Shown here piece after piece: positions 1-12,566 of a stretch of DNA of 64,000 bases (within the stretch, counting starts at the first letter, position 1; each line of letters starts with the position of its first letter). The translations under genes were made by a program, and so were the position numbers. The stretch lies in the NCBI GenBank assembly GCA_000182565.2, contig KQ257464.1; one strand, written 5' to 3'. The stretch is from Spizellomyces punctatus DAOM BR117 (Eukaryota). The notes under the pieces are model-generated. The model was not told where the DNA came from. It did no database searches and was given only the letters and a program-made list of their open reading frames with translations.

Positions 1-315
1 TTTACGGGACTGAGAGTGCCAATGTAACCAACTTGACTTGCTCTTGCTGGCTACAGTCCTGCAGTCTGTGCATTTCACATAACAATGGAAGCCTATCAGT
101 CTGCAGAGAGATGCAGCCACTGGATCGAATGAAATGAAATGCAAGATGCCTCCCTCGATTTAGGCAAATGAACTATGCACAAAAGATGCTCCATCATGAG
201 AAAACGGGTCCAATATGCGGCCATGAATGACTGCAATTACTATCCCTTGCGGCCATCTGCTTCAGTTGCCACATGCATATCATCAGTTATGACTCAATGT
301 ATCCCCTCTTTTTTC

Positions 316-323
316 TATATAAA
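316..323 (+). promoter_or_regulatory. TATA box of candidate small gene
   Basis: TATATAAA followed by a C-rich leader and CCACC-ATG at 401. Confidence 0.55.
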
Positions 324-400
324 CACCCCCTCATCTGCCCCCTATCTTGTTCTTTACCCTCGACTCTCAAAGCATCTGCTCAACAAGTCTCAAGTCCACC

Positions 401-656
401 ATGAGAATGCCGCTCTGGTGTCGAGGACCTCGCCCTCCCAACAAAAACAACATAACCCCTTGCAAACGCTGCTACTACTATATTGCTACGATTGCAGGTA
501 TGCATTATCTTTGTATTTTCCCACGCCCATATTCCGAGTCTAATTCTGGTTTAATTAGTATCTGAACATCCTCCGACTAAAGAATTTCGGAATCAAGGGC
601 TTAGTAGGATTTCTCTCGTGGTGGTGGGCTTAGTTACCCGGTTAGAACAACCGTAA
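401..656 (+). CDS. Candidate orphan microprotein, 64 aa, 2 exons (401-497, 559-656)
   Basis: TATA box, Kozak-like CCACCATG, 61-nt intron GTATGC...CTAAT...TTAG; spliced ORF MRMPLWCRGPRPPNKNNITPCKRCYYYIATIAVSEHPPTKEFRNQGLSRISLVVVGLVTRLEQP; no recognised homology. Confidence 0.45.
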
Positions 657-872
657 TGTATTGCATGTGTAATGGGGCCTAGTAGTAGTTGGTTGGTTGT
701 AAGGAGGGAAGTACTTGGCTTTTCCGAACCAGTTATCGCTGGTTTATTCCCTGGTGTATTGTGTTGTGACATTTGTTATTGCCAATACACTAACAATGGA
801 TGCAGAACACCAAAGGGAACGCGCAAGTGGCACAGTTTTGCTCTCTACTTGGCCAGATCGACTGCTATTAAG

Positions 873-3800
873 TTACGCCGTAAATAAGCGCAGCTTGCCA
901 TCATGACAGCCAGTGGCAACCTTGGGGTAAAGTGGGTTGAAGTCAACAGATGATACGACATCCGTGTGGCCTGGTAATCTCTCTAGAACCGCGCTCTTCC
1001 GCACATCATAAAGGTAGGCATGATTGTCCTGTCGCATTCGAAGGTTAATATACGGTTCCCTGTAACCCCGGTGAAACAAGATGTTCCATTACCTCGGAGC
1101 CCGAGGCTATATATCGTCCACAAGGCGACAAGGCGCATCCGACTTGTGCATAACGATTGCAGTGTCCGTGTAAATGCAGTATGGCTCTTTCTTGTCTGAG
1201 ATCCCAGCATTTGATGGAGTCGGTGACCTGATGTGAAGACATCAGTTATTATGTCAGAAATTGAAATGGTGCGACCCCATAAACTCACCGCAGTGCTGAC
1301 AAAGACGTTCTCAAAAGCTGGGGGTGGATGTTCGTAATCCGCAAGTGCAAGTGCATGTATTACTCTTGTCTGCGCCTGACGTATTGAGCGGACCACAGAA
1401 CATTGGGCAACATCCCATACATGGATCTGCTTGTCAGAACAAGCTGTTAGGATCAGATGCGACTTTCTAGCATTCATGCATGCGAGGGCAGTCAGGCTGT
1501 GAGCTGAGGAGCTGAATTTCGAGGCCAATTTGTACCAGTTGTAGTTAAGCTGAGGGCGAACGGAACCTTTGTCAGGTTTCTCAAGGTGGTAGGTGTACAG
1601 GTTGCAATCGGGCCCCGACGGTATCAAAATAAACTGATCGTTGTAATAAAAGCGAGTGTGCCGTATTTCGCTGGAAAACGCTTGCTTAGTATCCACTTTA
1701 GCAGTCAGTGGGGGTACTTTGGGTTTCGGATTTCGATTCCCCAAGACCTTGCGAAATTCCAAAAGCGGCTCAGATTGCTTGACCGTCCACAGACGAGCAC
1801 TTCCGTCCAAAGACGCAGTCAGCAGCAATTGCCCATACTGACTTGTGGAAGAGTGGCTCCAGGAAACAGTCGTTAAGGGTCCGTTGTGTCCCATGAGGTC
1901 CTTCATGTGTGTTTCGCTGGAAAGCGGCGTGCGATGATATCTGGCTGTGCCATCGCTTGAAGCAGTTGCGCACGCGGACCCACTCGCGTTAAACTTGACG
2001 CAAGTAATTGGTTTTGAATGGTTTACGACGGGCGGGAGTTTGTCTGGCTTTACTGGAGGTTCAGAGTCGCAGGGATATCGAAACTCCAATGCATCAGTTC
2101 TCCGTTTGGCCGGGCGCGGAGCGGGTTTCCGGCCAAAGAGCTTGTTCGAGGTAGACTTCTCACTGTATCCTGAAGACTTCACTTGCGCGTGAAATGTGAC
2201 TGGCTTATTTTGAACAATTCCTGTCGTTTTGCCTCGTCCCTTGGCGTTGATAGGTTTGTTAGTGCATGAAGAGGTGGTAGGTTTTGATTTGGTCTTGAGG
2301 GGGGAGGAGGGGTGAAAGGATACTGAATCCAAAATTTTAAATGCTAGTTCATTGTGCTGTTGTATGTTGATCTCGTCCCCTTTTCCAACGAGGGCGAGGG
2401 CAGTTTGAACATAGGATGGGATGTTAGAAGGATACTGAATTTCTCCAGCAGCTTTCACGTCTTCCACACTACGTATGTGTAATTTCGAAAGTTGGACTAA
2501 ACAATCTCGCAAGATATTGTCCGACCAGGGCCGCTGCACATTCAGCTCCACGGCAGTTCGCACAACGCTTTGCAATGTTCCATCAGATACCGGCAAAGCC
2601 TGTTGCGGCTGCTCCAGTTTTTCTCTTATAAGAATTAGATTCGACTCCCCGCTGAAACTGTTGCCCACGAGAACCGCGCATGTATTGGGAGATGCCCATC
2701 TTGCAGGGAGCGCGTATGCGCCTGCTGTTCCTGAAAATCCAGCGTGGAGTAAAGTGGCTTCTTGGGTCGATGACGTAGATGTCAAAGGTGGGTAACTTTG
2801 CTGATAGGACACGCGGCACAGAATTGCGTAGGAAACGGGGTCAATTATAACCGCGCCATTCACGCAGCCTACAATGAGCCTCACTCGATCCACTCCTCCT
2901 CCTTCTGCCATTCGCAATGCGTCGCTTTCTGCCAATGCTTGACTTCGTTGAGCCCAGCTCGGAAGGAATGTGCAATAACGGGAAGCGACAATCGCCGGGC
3001 TATAGTGTATTTCCTGTCTTTTATCATCGGCATTCACTGACTCCGATCGGGGAACCTTGCTACGCCATCGCGGAATACTACTAATAATCTCTACAGCATC
3101 CTGCACGGGCTCGCTGACGGAGGTCTCTTCAGATATCTGGCGAAACGTTTTTGAGATATCGATCGTCGTGAGGCATCTGGGTTCACAAGCATTGCCTCTC
3201 CTTGGAGTTAGCTCGAAAAAGCGTAATAAGCCATCCTCAGAACCGATACAGCAGCGAAAATGCTCAGGGTCGATTGCAACTGATGTCAAAGGGTAAGGTG
3301 ATAGAATTGTCGATTGATATAGGCAACATCGGTTGGCAACGTCCCAAACTTTAAAGGTGCGGTCTTCGGAAATCGAAACTAACCAATCCTTTGATTGCGG
3401 GTAGCCTTCTGCGGGCAGTAAAAACTCTGACGCAGTCACCTTTGCCAAGTGACCTTCGAGGCATATGGTTCTGCCCGTCTCAAGGTCAACCACATAGATC
3501 AGGTTGCCAGCTGTGGCGGCTATCCATTTATCAGCAGCATCTAGGCTCAAGTGACACACTTGACCCAAGTCTTCCTTGACGAGCTCACTTTCCAGTTTCT
3601 GGTCATAGCAGTCTTCAGCCGGAAGCCTCAAACAACGCAGTGAATCTTTCGAGGCCGTCACCAATACGCAAGGAAAAGTACGTTGGCCAAAGCAAGCAGC
3701 TTCAATGCGCTCTTGATGTTGCGTGTCAATAAGAAGTTTTCCCTCCGTCCAATTGTCAAACCCAGCCGCCAGACGCACTAAAGTCAGAATGACTTTATGC

Positions 3801-4111
3801 CTGGCATTGGTCACTGCCTGGAACGCCAACCAATCTTGACTGATTGCGAGGGCATACGAGGATAGTGGAAGCGAGCTTTGAAACTTTCCCTCATGAGAGA
3901 CTTCAAACTCTTGCCTGCCACTCGATTGGAGCCGGTCGACGGGCCGGGCAAGCATTCTGCTGAACAGAATGTTGCAACTTTGTGGTGACTCATGGGCTAG
4001 TGTCAGCGAATCGTGTCCGAACGCGTCGCTCGTCGGACGCGAAGCTGTCGGTTGCAAGCAGCAGAATGGGAACGGAAGGTAAGCGTCTTTGTTGAAACAA
4101 CCAGCATCCAT
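873..4111 (-). CDS. WD40-repeat protein, WDR27-like (multi-exon; start may be 3955)
   Basis: Two WD40 clusters (GHLAKVTASEF...SISEDRTFKVWD; GHNGPLTTVSW...TASLDGSARLW) separated by a linker with QNKPVTFHAQVKSSGY; spliced C-terminal exons DSIKCWDLR, GRYIASGSED, GHTDVVSSVDFNP. Confidence 0.7.
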
Positions 4112-4264
4112 ATCAACATGCTCATATATCTCTCTTGGTATATGCGTGGTTTTATCAAGGAGAATCGCACTTTACTAGGGGGAGATCGGTAAGAAACCCT
4201 GACAGCAAATGTAACTTGATATACGAAGGTCTGATTGATCACTGGCCTCGAAAAGGCATTATGG

Positions 4265-4830
4265 ATGCAACTAGTCACATTCTTTCATACCAAGTATTTT
4301 ATTCTATATTGGATTGCTACTCTCCTCCTGCTCATTTTCAAAGGTTGGTGGAGCCGTCGTACCCAGCAACTTCTCATACTGACCTCGTGCAGGAGCAAGA
4401 TTGCCATATCCCCCCAGTGCACATGGAATCGAAATATGGACGCTCTTTCCATTTGCATTGTTTGAAGCTTCTCGATTCTATCTAAGTACGACAGCCATTG
4501 CAACATCATGACCTCAAGTGCAAGGGCATGATTCATTGTAATCGTTCTGAACGCAGGCAAGAGGCTGAGACGAGAAAGCAGACCATTGCTGATTATCGTG
4601 ACAACTCTCACTGCGCTATCATCACTTGCCTATTTGTATTATTGTCTATGGCAAACTTACGTGTGCGTACTGCTGGTTGAAAGTCTCAAACATCCACGTT
4701 TTAACAATTCCATCTGTAATGTCACAGCTCAATGTTAGACATCATCCTCAGCGCAATCGGTTTATTTTTTGTTGCTGGAGAACTTCTCGCAGCGACTTTT
4801 ATGATTGTGTTTAACAGTCATGATGAATAA
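4265..4830 (+). CDS. Ciliary transition-zone membrane protein, TMEM216/TMEM80/TMEM17 family (exons 4265-4343, 4393-4485, 4557-4662, 4728-4830)
   Basis: Three phase-consistent GT-AG introns give 126 aa with four hydrophobic segments and family motifs LIFKGARLPYP, FEASRFYL, YLYYCLWQTYV, FVAGELL; the N-terminus may extend upstream. Confidence 0.8.
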
Positions 4831-4874
4831 ATGTGAAATGGATGTCGGAGTTTTCTGTCGTGGTATCAGTTCAT

Positions 4875-6415
4875 CTATCTTCCGTTTAAAAATAATAGCA
4901 CCGTAGAGACCACCCCTAAAACGGCCCCCACAGCTACGCCCTTAGCAAATAATCGGTCCTTGGGGTACAGACCCGGTGCGCTCTCTGGTACTCGTGCCAC
5001 GTCACCCTCTTTTACTTCAGCACCACCAAGTACTAGCGGTCCAAGATCGATGATGGCTGGCTTGGCCTCTTCAAGGACCTGAAGACTCTCCAATCTTCCA
5101 ATAAGAGGCTGGAACTCCTCTTGGAGTTGAGACCGCAACGCTGCTCGGTCTGCCTCGGACGTTTCCGTGATGAGATTGCCCAGCTCCTCTTTTAATATTC
5201 GCCGCTTTCGAGGTTCCACAAATAATTGTACAACCACGAATATCGCAAAATGCAAAGAAATCAAACCCCTAACAGGATCCAAAATATGAGCCTTTGGCAC
5301 CCTTCAGAGTAGCACGACAAGTGAATAAGAACATACCAAGTCCACCAGGTACTTGCTCTTCGGATTTTGTCAGAATAGAGCTGCTCCTCTATATAACGCT
5401 CACGAATTTCGCTTGAAGACAACCGGTAAACATGAGATAACAGTCGCGGCAGAGAACAGTTGTCTGCTTACTTTAGATAATCTCTATGACACTTTTCAAA
5501 TCCTTCCACGGCGTCCTTATACTCTTGCTTTGCTTGGCTTTCGCTCTGCTCAAGATTTAAGTCCTTGCGATAGAGCTCGGTAAAGCGGGTGATATCGCTA
5601 TCTAGCCACGTATCTTTGCGCTGGAAAGAAGGAAGACATTGGCATCAGCATTACGTGTCGGGTCTACATACCGAGGGTAGGTGGTGAGCCTCATCAGAGT
5701 CGTGATTTGCAAAGATATCTACCTGAAGCAAAGAATTGAGCTCTCTTTGGCATTTTCTTCTCTCTTCAATGGTTTGCTCGTAGGCCCGCTTTGCCATGTC
5801 GGATCGTTCCCTCGCGACATTTAGCTCATTGTCCTTCGCAAGTACACGATTTTTGCATTCCTGGACAACGCTATATCCAGTCAGGGTGTTGAGGAGATCG
5901 CTAAGTTTTGGAAAAATGTGGTTGGCAACGTGCGAGTATACGTCTGCTGCAGATCTCCGCAGCACCGCCCTTGAATGGACAGCTAGGGCAATCGCCGGCA
6001 TTAGAGCAGAGCGAGCCTTTGCCATTGCATCATCGTTTTTGGCTGCAAGACTCTCCGAGGTTTCGGTGTCTGGAGGCTTCAAACGAGGATATTCACTGTT
6101 TTCTCGTAAAGGTTGCTTTTCTTGAAGATTTGCGAGATCCCTCCCTTGTATATGAGGTACGTGGTTGGAGATTGAGGGCAGTATGGAAGATGCATGGCAA
6201 TGTGGTCGAGGGAGGGATGTAGTGAGTATTCTATTCCGCGTGCTTCGAATGTACAGTCGATGCTGCTCGCCAAAGTGTCCCATGACGTCCCGGACGGAAA
6301 GAGTAGACACTCCGAGGGCCTGACGTTTCTGTACATGTAGCCCCAAACATAACGACACTACGTTACAACCCCTTGCCAGGCATCTTGGCAATGAGCGTGC
6401 CGACGACATGGCCAT
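4875..6415 (-). CDS. SHE9: She9/Mdm33 family mitochondrial inner-membrane protein
   Basis: LNTLTGYSVVQECK, ERRKCQRELNSLLQ|RKDTWLDSDITRFTELYR, DKIRRASTWWTW, FVVVQLFVEPRKRR, C-terminal TM segment. Confidence 0.9.
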
Positions 6416-6896
6416 TGAAGTGATCTCCCACAGGATGAGTACGCCAGCACTATTATCCCGTTGACCATTTCCAGTTCAAATTGGGTTCGAACACGTTGGG
6501 TATTATAATCGTTGATGCCAGATCCTCAACGATATAAAACCTTCCCAACGCTTTCCCTTGACTCGCCTTAACAAAATACCTATCAACCTCTTATACCAAA
6601 TAATCAAACATACATTATCGAAAAAAACAAAAACAGCTATTTGCTCGTATGTCTTTCTTGTCAGTAGGAGAGTCCATTGGAGTCGCAACTTGTCACTTGC
6701 AATAATCTCGGCTTGAACATTTAATGAGATTCCAATGGTTGGAGTTCGAACCATTGTAATGACAACTTGACCTGCAGAGTTCTTGGAACTGTTTCCATAC
6801 TGCAGTTGGATGAGCAGGGCAAAGGCGTTTTCCACCGTAGATCATCAGACCCGTATATTCTGATTGCTGCATGCGCTAGGCGCGAGTACGCTGTAC

Positions 6897-9316
6897 ATGG
6901 CGAGCCCACGCTTCCGATGTCCAGTCTCTTATAAGAAGCGAAATGGACAGCTTTCACTGGGTGCTCACGAATTTGACTGGACACTGGATGGCGCTGAGCA
7001 ACCTGAACTGCGTATTCCGTACAGTGCTGTAAAAGGTGCTGATTACTATCAGGGAAGGACAAATTGAAAGTCGCAATACTCAACTATGTGCCAAATGTTA
7101 CTCTTGGCAGCACAAGCGCAAAATAAGTCGGAGAAAGTTATTTTGAAAGTATCTTTATGGGCACAAAATGGCCAACCAGAAGTCAACCACAACTTCACCT
7201 TCCTATCGACTAACGCGGCCAAAGACCGACAAAAGGTTATAGAAACGTTAGCCTATCACATCAGCCAACGTTCCGGAACTGGGAGCGGGCCACCCTCTGC
7301 TTCAGGAACACCGCAGCATCCTGGGGCAGGAGTTCCCAAAGGCGGTACATTATCAGCGGAAGAGCGACAGATTAGACTGGCGATCCTGCAGGACAATAAG
7401 GAATTGGGAGAATTATTCAAGACTTTGGTTCTGAGCAACCTGATATCTGAAGAAGACTTTTGGGCAACACGTCAGGTTGCTTTAACACCCGTGGTGTTGT
7501 TTGCTCAGGAAAGACATTTAGCTGATAGAAAGTCCGTCTAGCATTTGATGACGTACCAAAAATGGCAGAAGAATCAGAAGAAGGGGGTTTTGGGAACCAT
7601 CGCAGATGTCCGTCCCACGGATAGCGACGGATCTGATATGAAATTCAAGATCACCGACGATGTAATAGCCTCAATCCTGGCACAATTTCCACCTGGTTTG
7701 TATCCCGCAGTCTATCTTTTGATCCAGCTACGCTCCTATGGGCTTACTCTTGGATTCGCTTGCCAGTTAGAAAAGCATACGAAGCCAATGTTCCTAATAA
7801 GGTTGCAGCTTACATTCTAAGTCCCGCAATTATGATCCCGAGTCTGAACAAAATAATATGAACCTAGATGACCAAAGAGACTTTTATGCGCAAGTACCTC
7901 GAGTCCAAGTTCTATCAGCGAAATCGTGGACCCGGCAGTAGTGGAAGTGACGCATTTTTTGCCCAATATGAAGAAGAGGAAGATGATGGTTTGTGATACT
8001 GGATGGTACGTCTACAATGTAAACGTACTCTGAAGCCTTCTATCGCGGTGCCCTTCAGACTATGCGGTACACCCAAAGCGTGCAAAGTACGAAAGTTCCC
8101 ACCTCCTTCTAGATCTGGCAGCACAAACTGAAGATCATTTGGAGGTAAGAATGCCGATCGTTGTTCGCTGGGATGTGCGAAGTAGTGACAAATATGGTTT
8201 AGACGGGCAATCGGCCAGATACCACGATGCGAGCAGGAGGCGTACGATCATCGTTACCATTAATTCGGCAATTCAACCGCGTATCCGAAGGTGTTCTGAA
8301 GGCCAACATGTACGAAGGTTGCTGATCGTACTGTTAATTAGGATGACAATGACATGTAAACATTCCTGTGTAGTAAACCTTCAAGCACTCAGACCAAGGA
8401 ACCAACTGCGGACGAGGTTTATTTGCGAGTAAGAGAATGACTGTGTGATGGCATATGCCAAGCAGATCGTCATGCTGAAATCCTACAGTCAACGGAGTTA
8501 GACGACCTGAGACCAGCAGAAGGACCAATAGCAAAGGCTCTCGAAATTGCAGATGCGACGAAGTACTTCCAGTCGCAAGTAGGATTGTCGACGTCCACCC
8601 CTGTTGAGCGGCAACAATTAAACGCTTCGGTTCGTCCAGTCAAAGCATAGTCATTGATTTCCAAACGTCTGGCTGATGAAATGATCTACTCAGCAACTTT
8701 TACGAACATTTAGCAAGGCTGTCCAGAATTGGGAGCCAATCCTATCCAAGGTACCCGTAACTCGAATGGCTGCGAGTGTAGGACAGTGGGTAATGTCTTA
8801 TTTTATTTGTAGACTGCGGTCTCCCGGGCGAGTGGAGACAGCATCTTACAACAATTAAATACGTTGACGAAAAAGAGAAAGCGGGATTATCAACGAAATC
8901 GAGGTATGGGAGCGTGCATTTTTACATATGACAGAGGACAGCGACTAATTGATCGTAATCAGCACTAAGCAGCACAGTCGCCAAAGATGCGATGGCCCTG
9001 CATGCTGCTGCTAAGGAACTGCTACATAATTATTGGAGTGCCATAACTGAAAAGGATACGGAAAAATTAACTAGAATTGTTACGGTCTTGCAAGACATAT
9101 TAGATAAGGCGCGGAACTTTGACAAAGATTCCCGCGATGGGCCCAACAATGTTTCCAAGTCTGCCGTAAGTGCCTTTCGCTTCAAACGCTTCGGGATCTC
9201 ATCCTTCTCACGTACTGTCGTAGGCTTTCAAAGCAATGCAGGACTCAGTGGAGCGGGCAATAAGATTGCATAAAAAGAGACGAGTTGAAGACAGGCATCG
9301 TTTCCTATCTATCTGA
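6897..9316 (+). CDS. TFB1: TFIIH subunit p62/Tfb1 (PH + BSD domains), many small exons
   Basis: N-terminal PH-like VSYKKRNGQLSL; BSD motif LQDNKELGELFKTLVLSNLISEEDFWATRQ; KITDDVIASILAQFP; C-terminal ELLHNYWSA. Confidence 0.85.
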
Positions 9317-9854
9317 TAGCCTCCCTTCATGGTAGTCAGGAGCACGTACGAAATTAGGTACCGCTGCGGGCATGGTCATCGTTAGTGAGGTCTCGGTCGT
9401 GGTGTTCCCTTCTGTGAACATTCCTGGAGTTGGAGGGCTACCGGCCATATCCACTCATAGGCGGGCCAAACCGTCACCTGCAAGTCAGGGCAAGCGTTTG
9501 TCAAGTGTAAACTAGTCTAGAAAGTGTGGCACTCAATCTATTGCTTGCTTGGTAAAGACCACTCGCGAGTTCATCTTTAAAACCACGTACATAGTCTATC
9601 CATGAAAAGCATTCCGCGCATCAGCGCACCCAAAGTTTCCCAAAGGACGCGACTTGACGCGTCGTACGATCGGCTTACAGTGGTCTATGTTGGGGCTGCT
9701 TTGTCCAAGTGGCGTGAGCAATGTTGGAAGCCTTTGTCGGGTGCCATGGCAGGCTGAACTCAAGTACAAGTAGGAAACCTTGTTGCTGCCTTCCTTCCGT
9801 GATCCCTTGCTATCGCCTCGGCCTTTCTGAGTTCGCTACGTTAATTCCTGCATC

Positions 9855-10610
9855 ATGGCGATCAACATGACTACCCTCAAGCATCCGTACTATCCTCCTC
9901 ACCTCGACCTTCCCCACTACACAGTCCCCACCATGCCAATGCAGCAAATCCTCACCATCTTTTTCAGCACCGTACTCGTCATCCTTCTGACATCTTACTC
10001 GATAATTTCACGCTCAGAAACGACATTTGGACGCAAGCTTGTCTTTCTCTGGTTTATTTCCTGCGGCTTTATTCACTGGGGTCTGGAAGGCTATTTTGCG
10101 TACAACCATAAGGAAATTGCGGGGCAGAGTTTCGTCCTGGCAGAATTGTGGAAGGAATATGCGTACAGCGACTCGCGATACATGAGTGGAGACTCTTTTG
10201 TGGTCGTTATGGAAAGCGTTACTGCGGTTAGCTGATGGAAACAAGCGTGTTTCTTGTCCTCATACTGCAAGTTATCTGACTGTTCTTTTCTTCCTTTGGC
10301 TAACCAGTTCCTCTGGGGTCCGCTCTCATTCCTCACGGCGTACTTGATCTTTAACAACTCTCCTGTTGCCCCCATACTCGAGTTCCTGGTTTCCACTGGC
10401 CAGTTATATGGAGACGTCCTCTACTATGCTACAACCTTGATCGAAGGTGCTCCTCACTGTTCTCCTTCTCCCTACCACTTCTGGTTCTACTTTGTGTTTA
10501 TGAACGCCTTCTGGATTGTGATACCCTTGACGATAATGTGGAACAGCGCGCGAAGAATGCATCGCGCCATGTGCTTGACTCAAGGGAAAGGAAAGGGCAA
10601 GCTCGAGTAG
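9855..10610 (+). CDS. EBP: Emopamil-binding protein family sterol delta8-delta7 isomerase (2 exons)
   Basis: HPYYPPHL, WFISCGFIHWGLEGYF, LWKEYAYSDSRY, VMESVTA|FLWGPLS, VSTGQLYGDVLYY, FWFYFVFMNAFWIVIP. Confidence 0.93.
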
Positions 10611-10801
10611 CAGATGTATAACTTATTATAGACAATAGAAAATTTGGAAAAAGCAAACAAGGTTGATTGACTAGGATGCATCATCGGTTTTGCGCGCTGG
10701 GATGCGTTTGCCAAGCAGGCGTCGCTATCGCTAATTGATCGCCCGCGGTTGCACAATATAATAATATAAATATCTCGCTTCATAAAACACCATCGCCGAT
10801 A

Positions 10802-12224
10802 CTACTCGCGCCTTCTTTTGCGTCTCTCTGAGCTACACGTCGAACACATCCAGGCACCTTCGGGCGGAGCACTGAGGCCCACGCATTCCAAATGGAACCA
10901 CTCATGTGGACACTCCTGCAAAGGTCACCTCTGTTAAACTCTCGTCCTATCACGTACGTGATCGCAATGCCTCTCACCTCATTGTCGCACGCTATCATTT
11001 CGCCAAACGACACCTGTTGACAGGTACAGTAGACCAACTCGTCCGACGTATCAGGCGATGCACCACGCCATCTTGGTGACGAAAGCGGACTGTTGAAGAT
11101 GTGCGGTGTTCTGGTTTAGCAGAAACTAGATCAATACCACTGCCTTATTAGGATGCTATCAACAAAAAATGCAAAAACGCGTATTAAACATTGTGGTACT
11201 TTACGATTTACGCTTTGTCGACCTTCTTTGTGACGCTAGAGCTCGTCGTTCTACGTCGAACTTACTGGGTAAACATGTGTCTCGCAAACTGGTTCGCGTA
11301 GGGTACTTACTTATTGACGGCGCTCCCACTCGGGCAGGTGGGCCAGTCGCTAAAACAAAACTGATTAATACCATTGCGAAAGCGTCCAGAACCTTACGGC
11401 TCTTTGCACACACCAGTCAACGAGAATAGGGATGTAGCGCTTCGTCTGCTGTTTATCGGAGTAGTTCGGTCACGCAATGCGTGCCCTGCGGTAACAACAG
11501 ATACTGTCGCGCATGCACTACTCTCCTCCACCGAAGGATTTATTCGATCGAGATCCTGTGACAAACGCCTCAAATATCTGTCGATCTGTATTTTGTGTGA
11601 ATAAACCGAATCACTGGTAATAAACTGTAGTACAGCGCAGAGCATATAATAATTTACCAATTCCTTGGATCTCTCCGCCATCTGAACCTTCTCTTCTGCA
11701 ATTTCTTTGCATTTTTTGAAATCTTCCGTTATCCTTTCGTACAGTTCGAGCTGATCCGGAAAATCGCGAACCAGTTCTTTTCTCTCCGCATCTTCAAATG
11801 AGTCAAATGTATGCTCCAGCCTTGGCGGCGTTTGGATCACCGCTTTTCCTTTGGGCTTAGGACGTGACGTTCCTTTTCCCTCCAGTTTGGCAAGCTCGAC
11901 CTGAGCACGAACGATCTCCTCCATCTTGTCGTAAAAGTCCATCTGCGCTCTTGCTATGTCCTGGCGCAGTGCTATGGAGTAAAGGATACCTTTAGACACA
12001 CATACTCGCGTGCAACACCAGCCACGTCTGCTTTACCGTCACATTCCTCGTCCTTTGCACGTAATTCGTTGAGAGTATAGTGTACCTCTTGGGGAACTGC
12101 CTCTATCGCTAAACAGATGTTACATCTTAATTTACATATTGATATCACAGAAATGCACCGTCCACTGCCTAGGACACGCACTGGCTATATACTCCTCCAA
12201 GTATGCAAAGTAATCGGTAGTCAT
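10802..12224 (-). CDS. ING-family PHD finger protein (Yng2/ING-like)
   Basis: N-terminal [77 protein letters not shown]...WMCSTC. Confidence 0.9.
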
Positions 12225-12275
12225 ATTTTCTCGTCGTGCGTTAAAGGGCAAGAGGAGGCTCGCGCGGGGTAACGG

Positions 12276-12281
12276 ACGCGT
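12276..12281. promoter_or_regulatory. MCB-like element (ACGCGT)
   Basis: Exact hexamer in the ING/vezatin divergent promoter, next to CGCGCG. Confidence 0.35.
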
Positions 12282-12407
12282 AGTTCACAACCAATTCTCT
12301 GCGACCAAGTACAGATAGACTTTCAAGCTCCAGTGTTGAGATTCCTTTTGCTCTTTTGCTTTGATCGCTGTCGATGCTCGATGCTACACTTGTTTTGCCT
12401 GTCCAAC

Positions 12408-12418
12408 TTCCCGCCAAA
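12408..12418. promoter_or_regulatory. E2F-like site (TTCCCGCCAAA)
   Basis: Close match to the canonical E2F site, in the same divergent promoter. Confidence 0.4.
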
Positions 12419-12566
12419 CGCATCCCTGGTCGTGCGCAGGCTGACTCAGCGAGTTATTAGCGTAATATAACCTTTTCAGGGTTTATGCTGGCACAGTCGT
12501 GTTGTCACATTCATAGCTGGACTGGACTGGAATTTGGAGCTAGATGGGCAGGCACATGGCACGGAC

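Noticed and set aside
6660-6760. Possible tRNA from GGAGTTCGAACC
   Set aside because: No T-stem, acceptor stem or cloverleaf can be formed
11981-11989. GTATCCTTT on the minus strand, matching the U12-type 5' splice site
   Set aside because: It lies 18 nt before the acceptor of an ING intron that begins GTAAAG, so it is part of the 3' end of an ordinary U2-type intron
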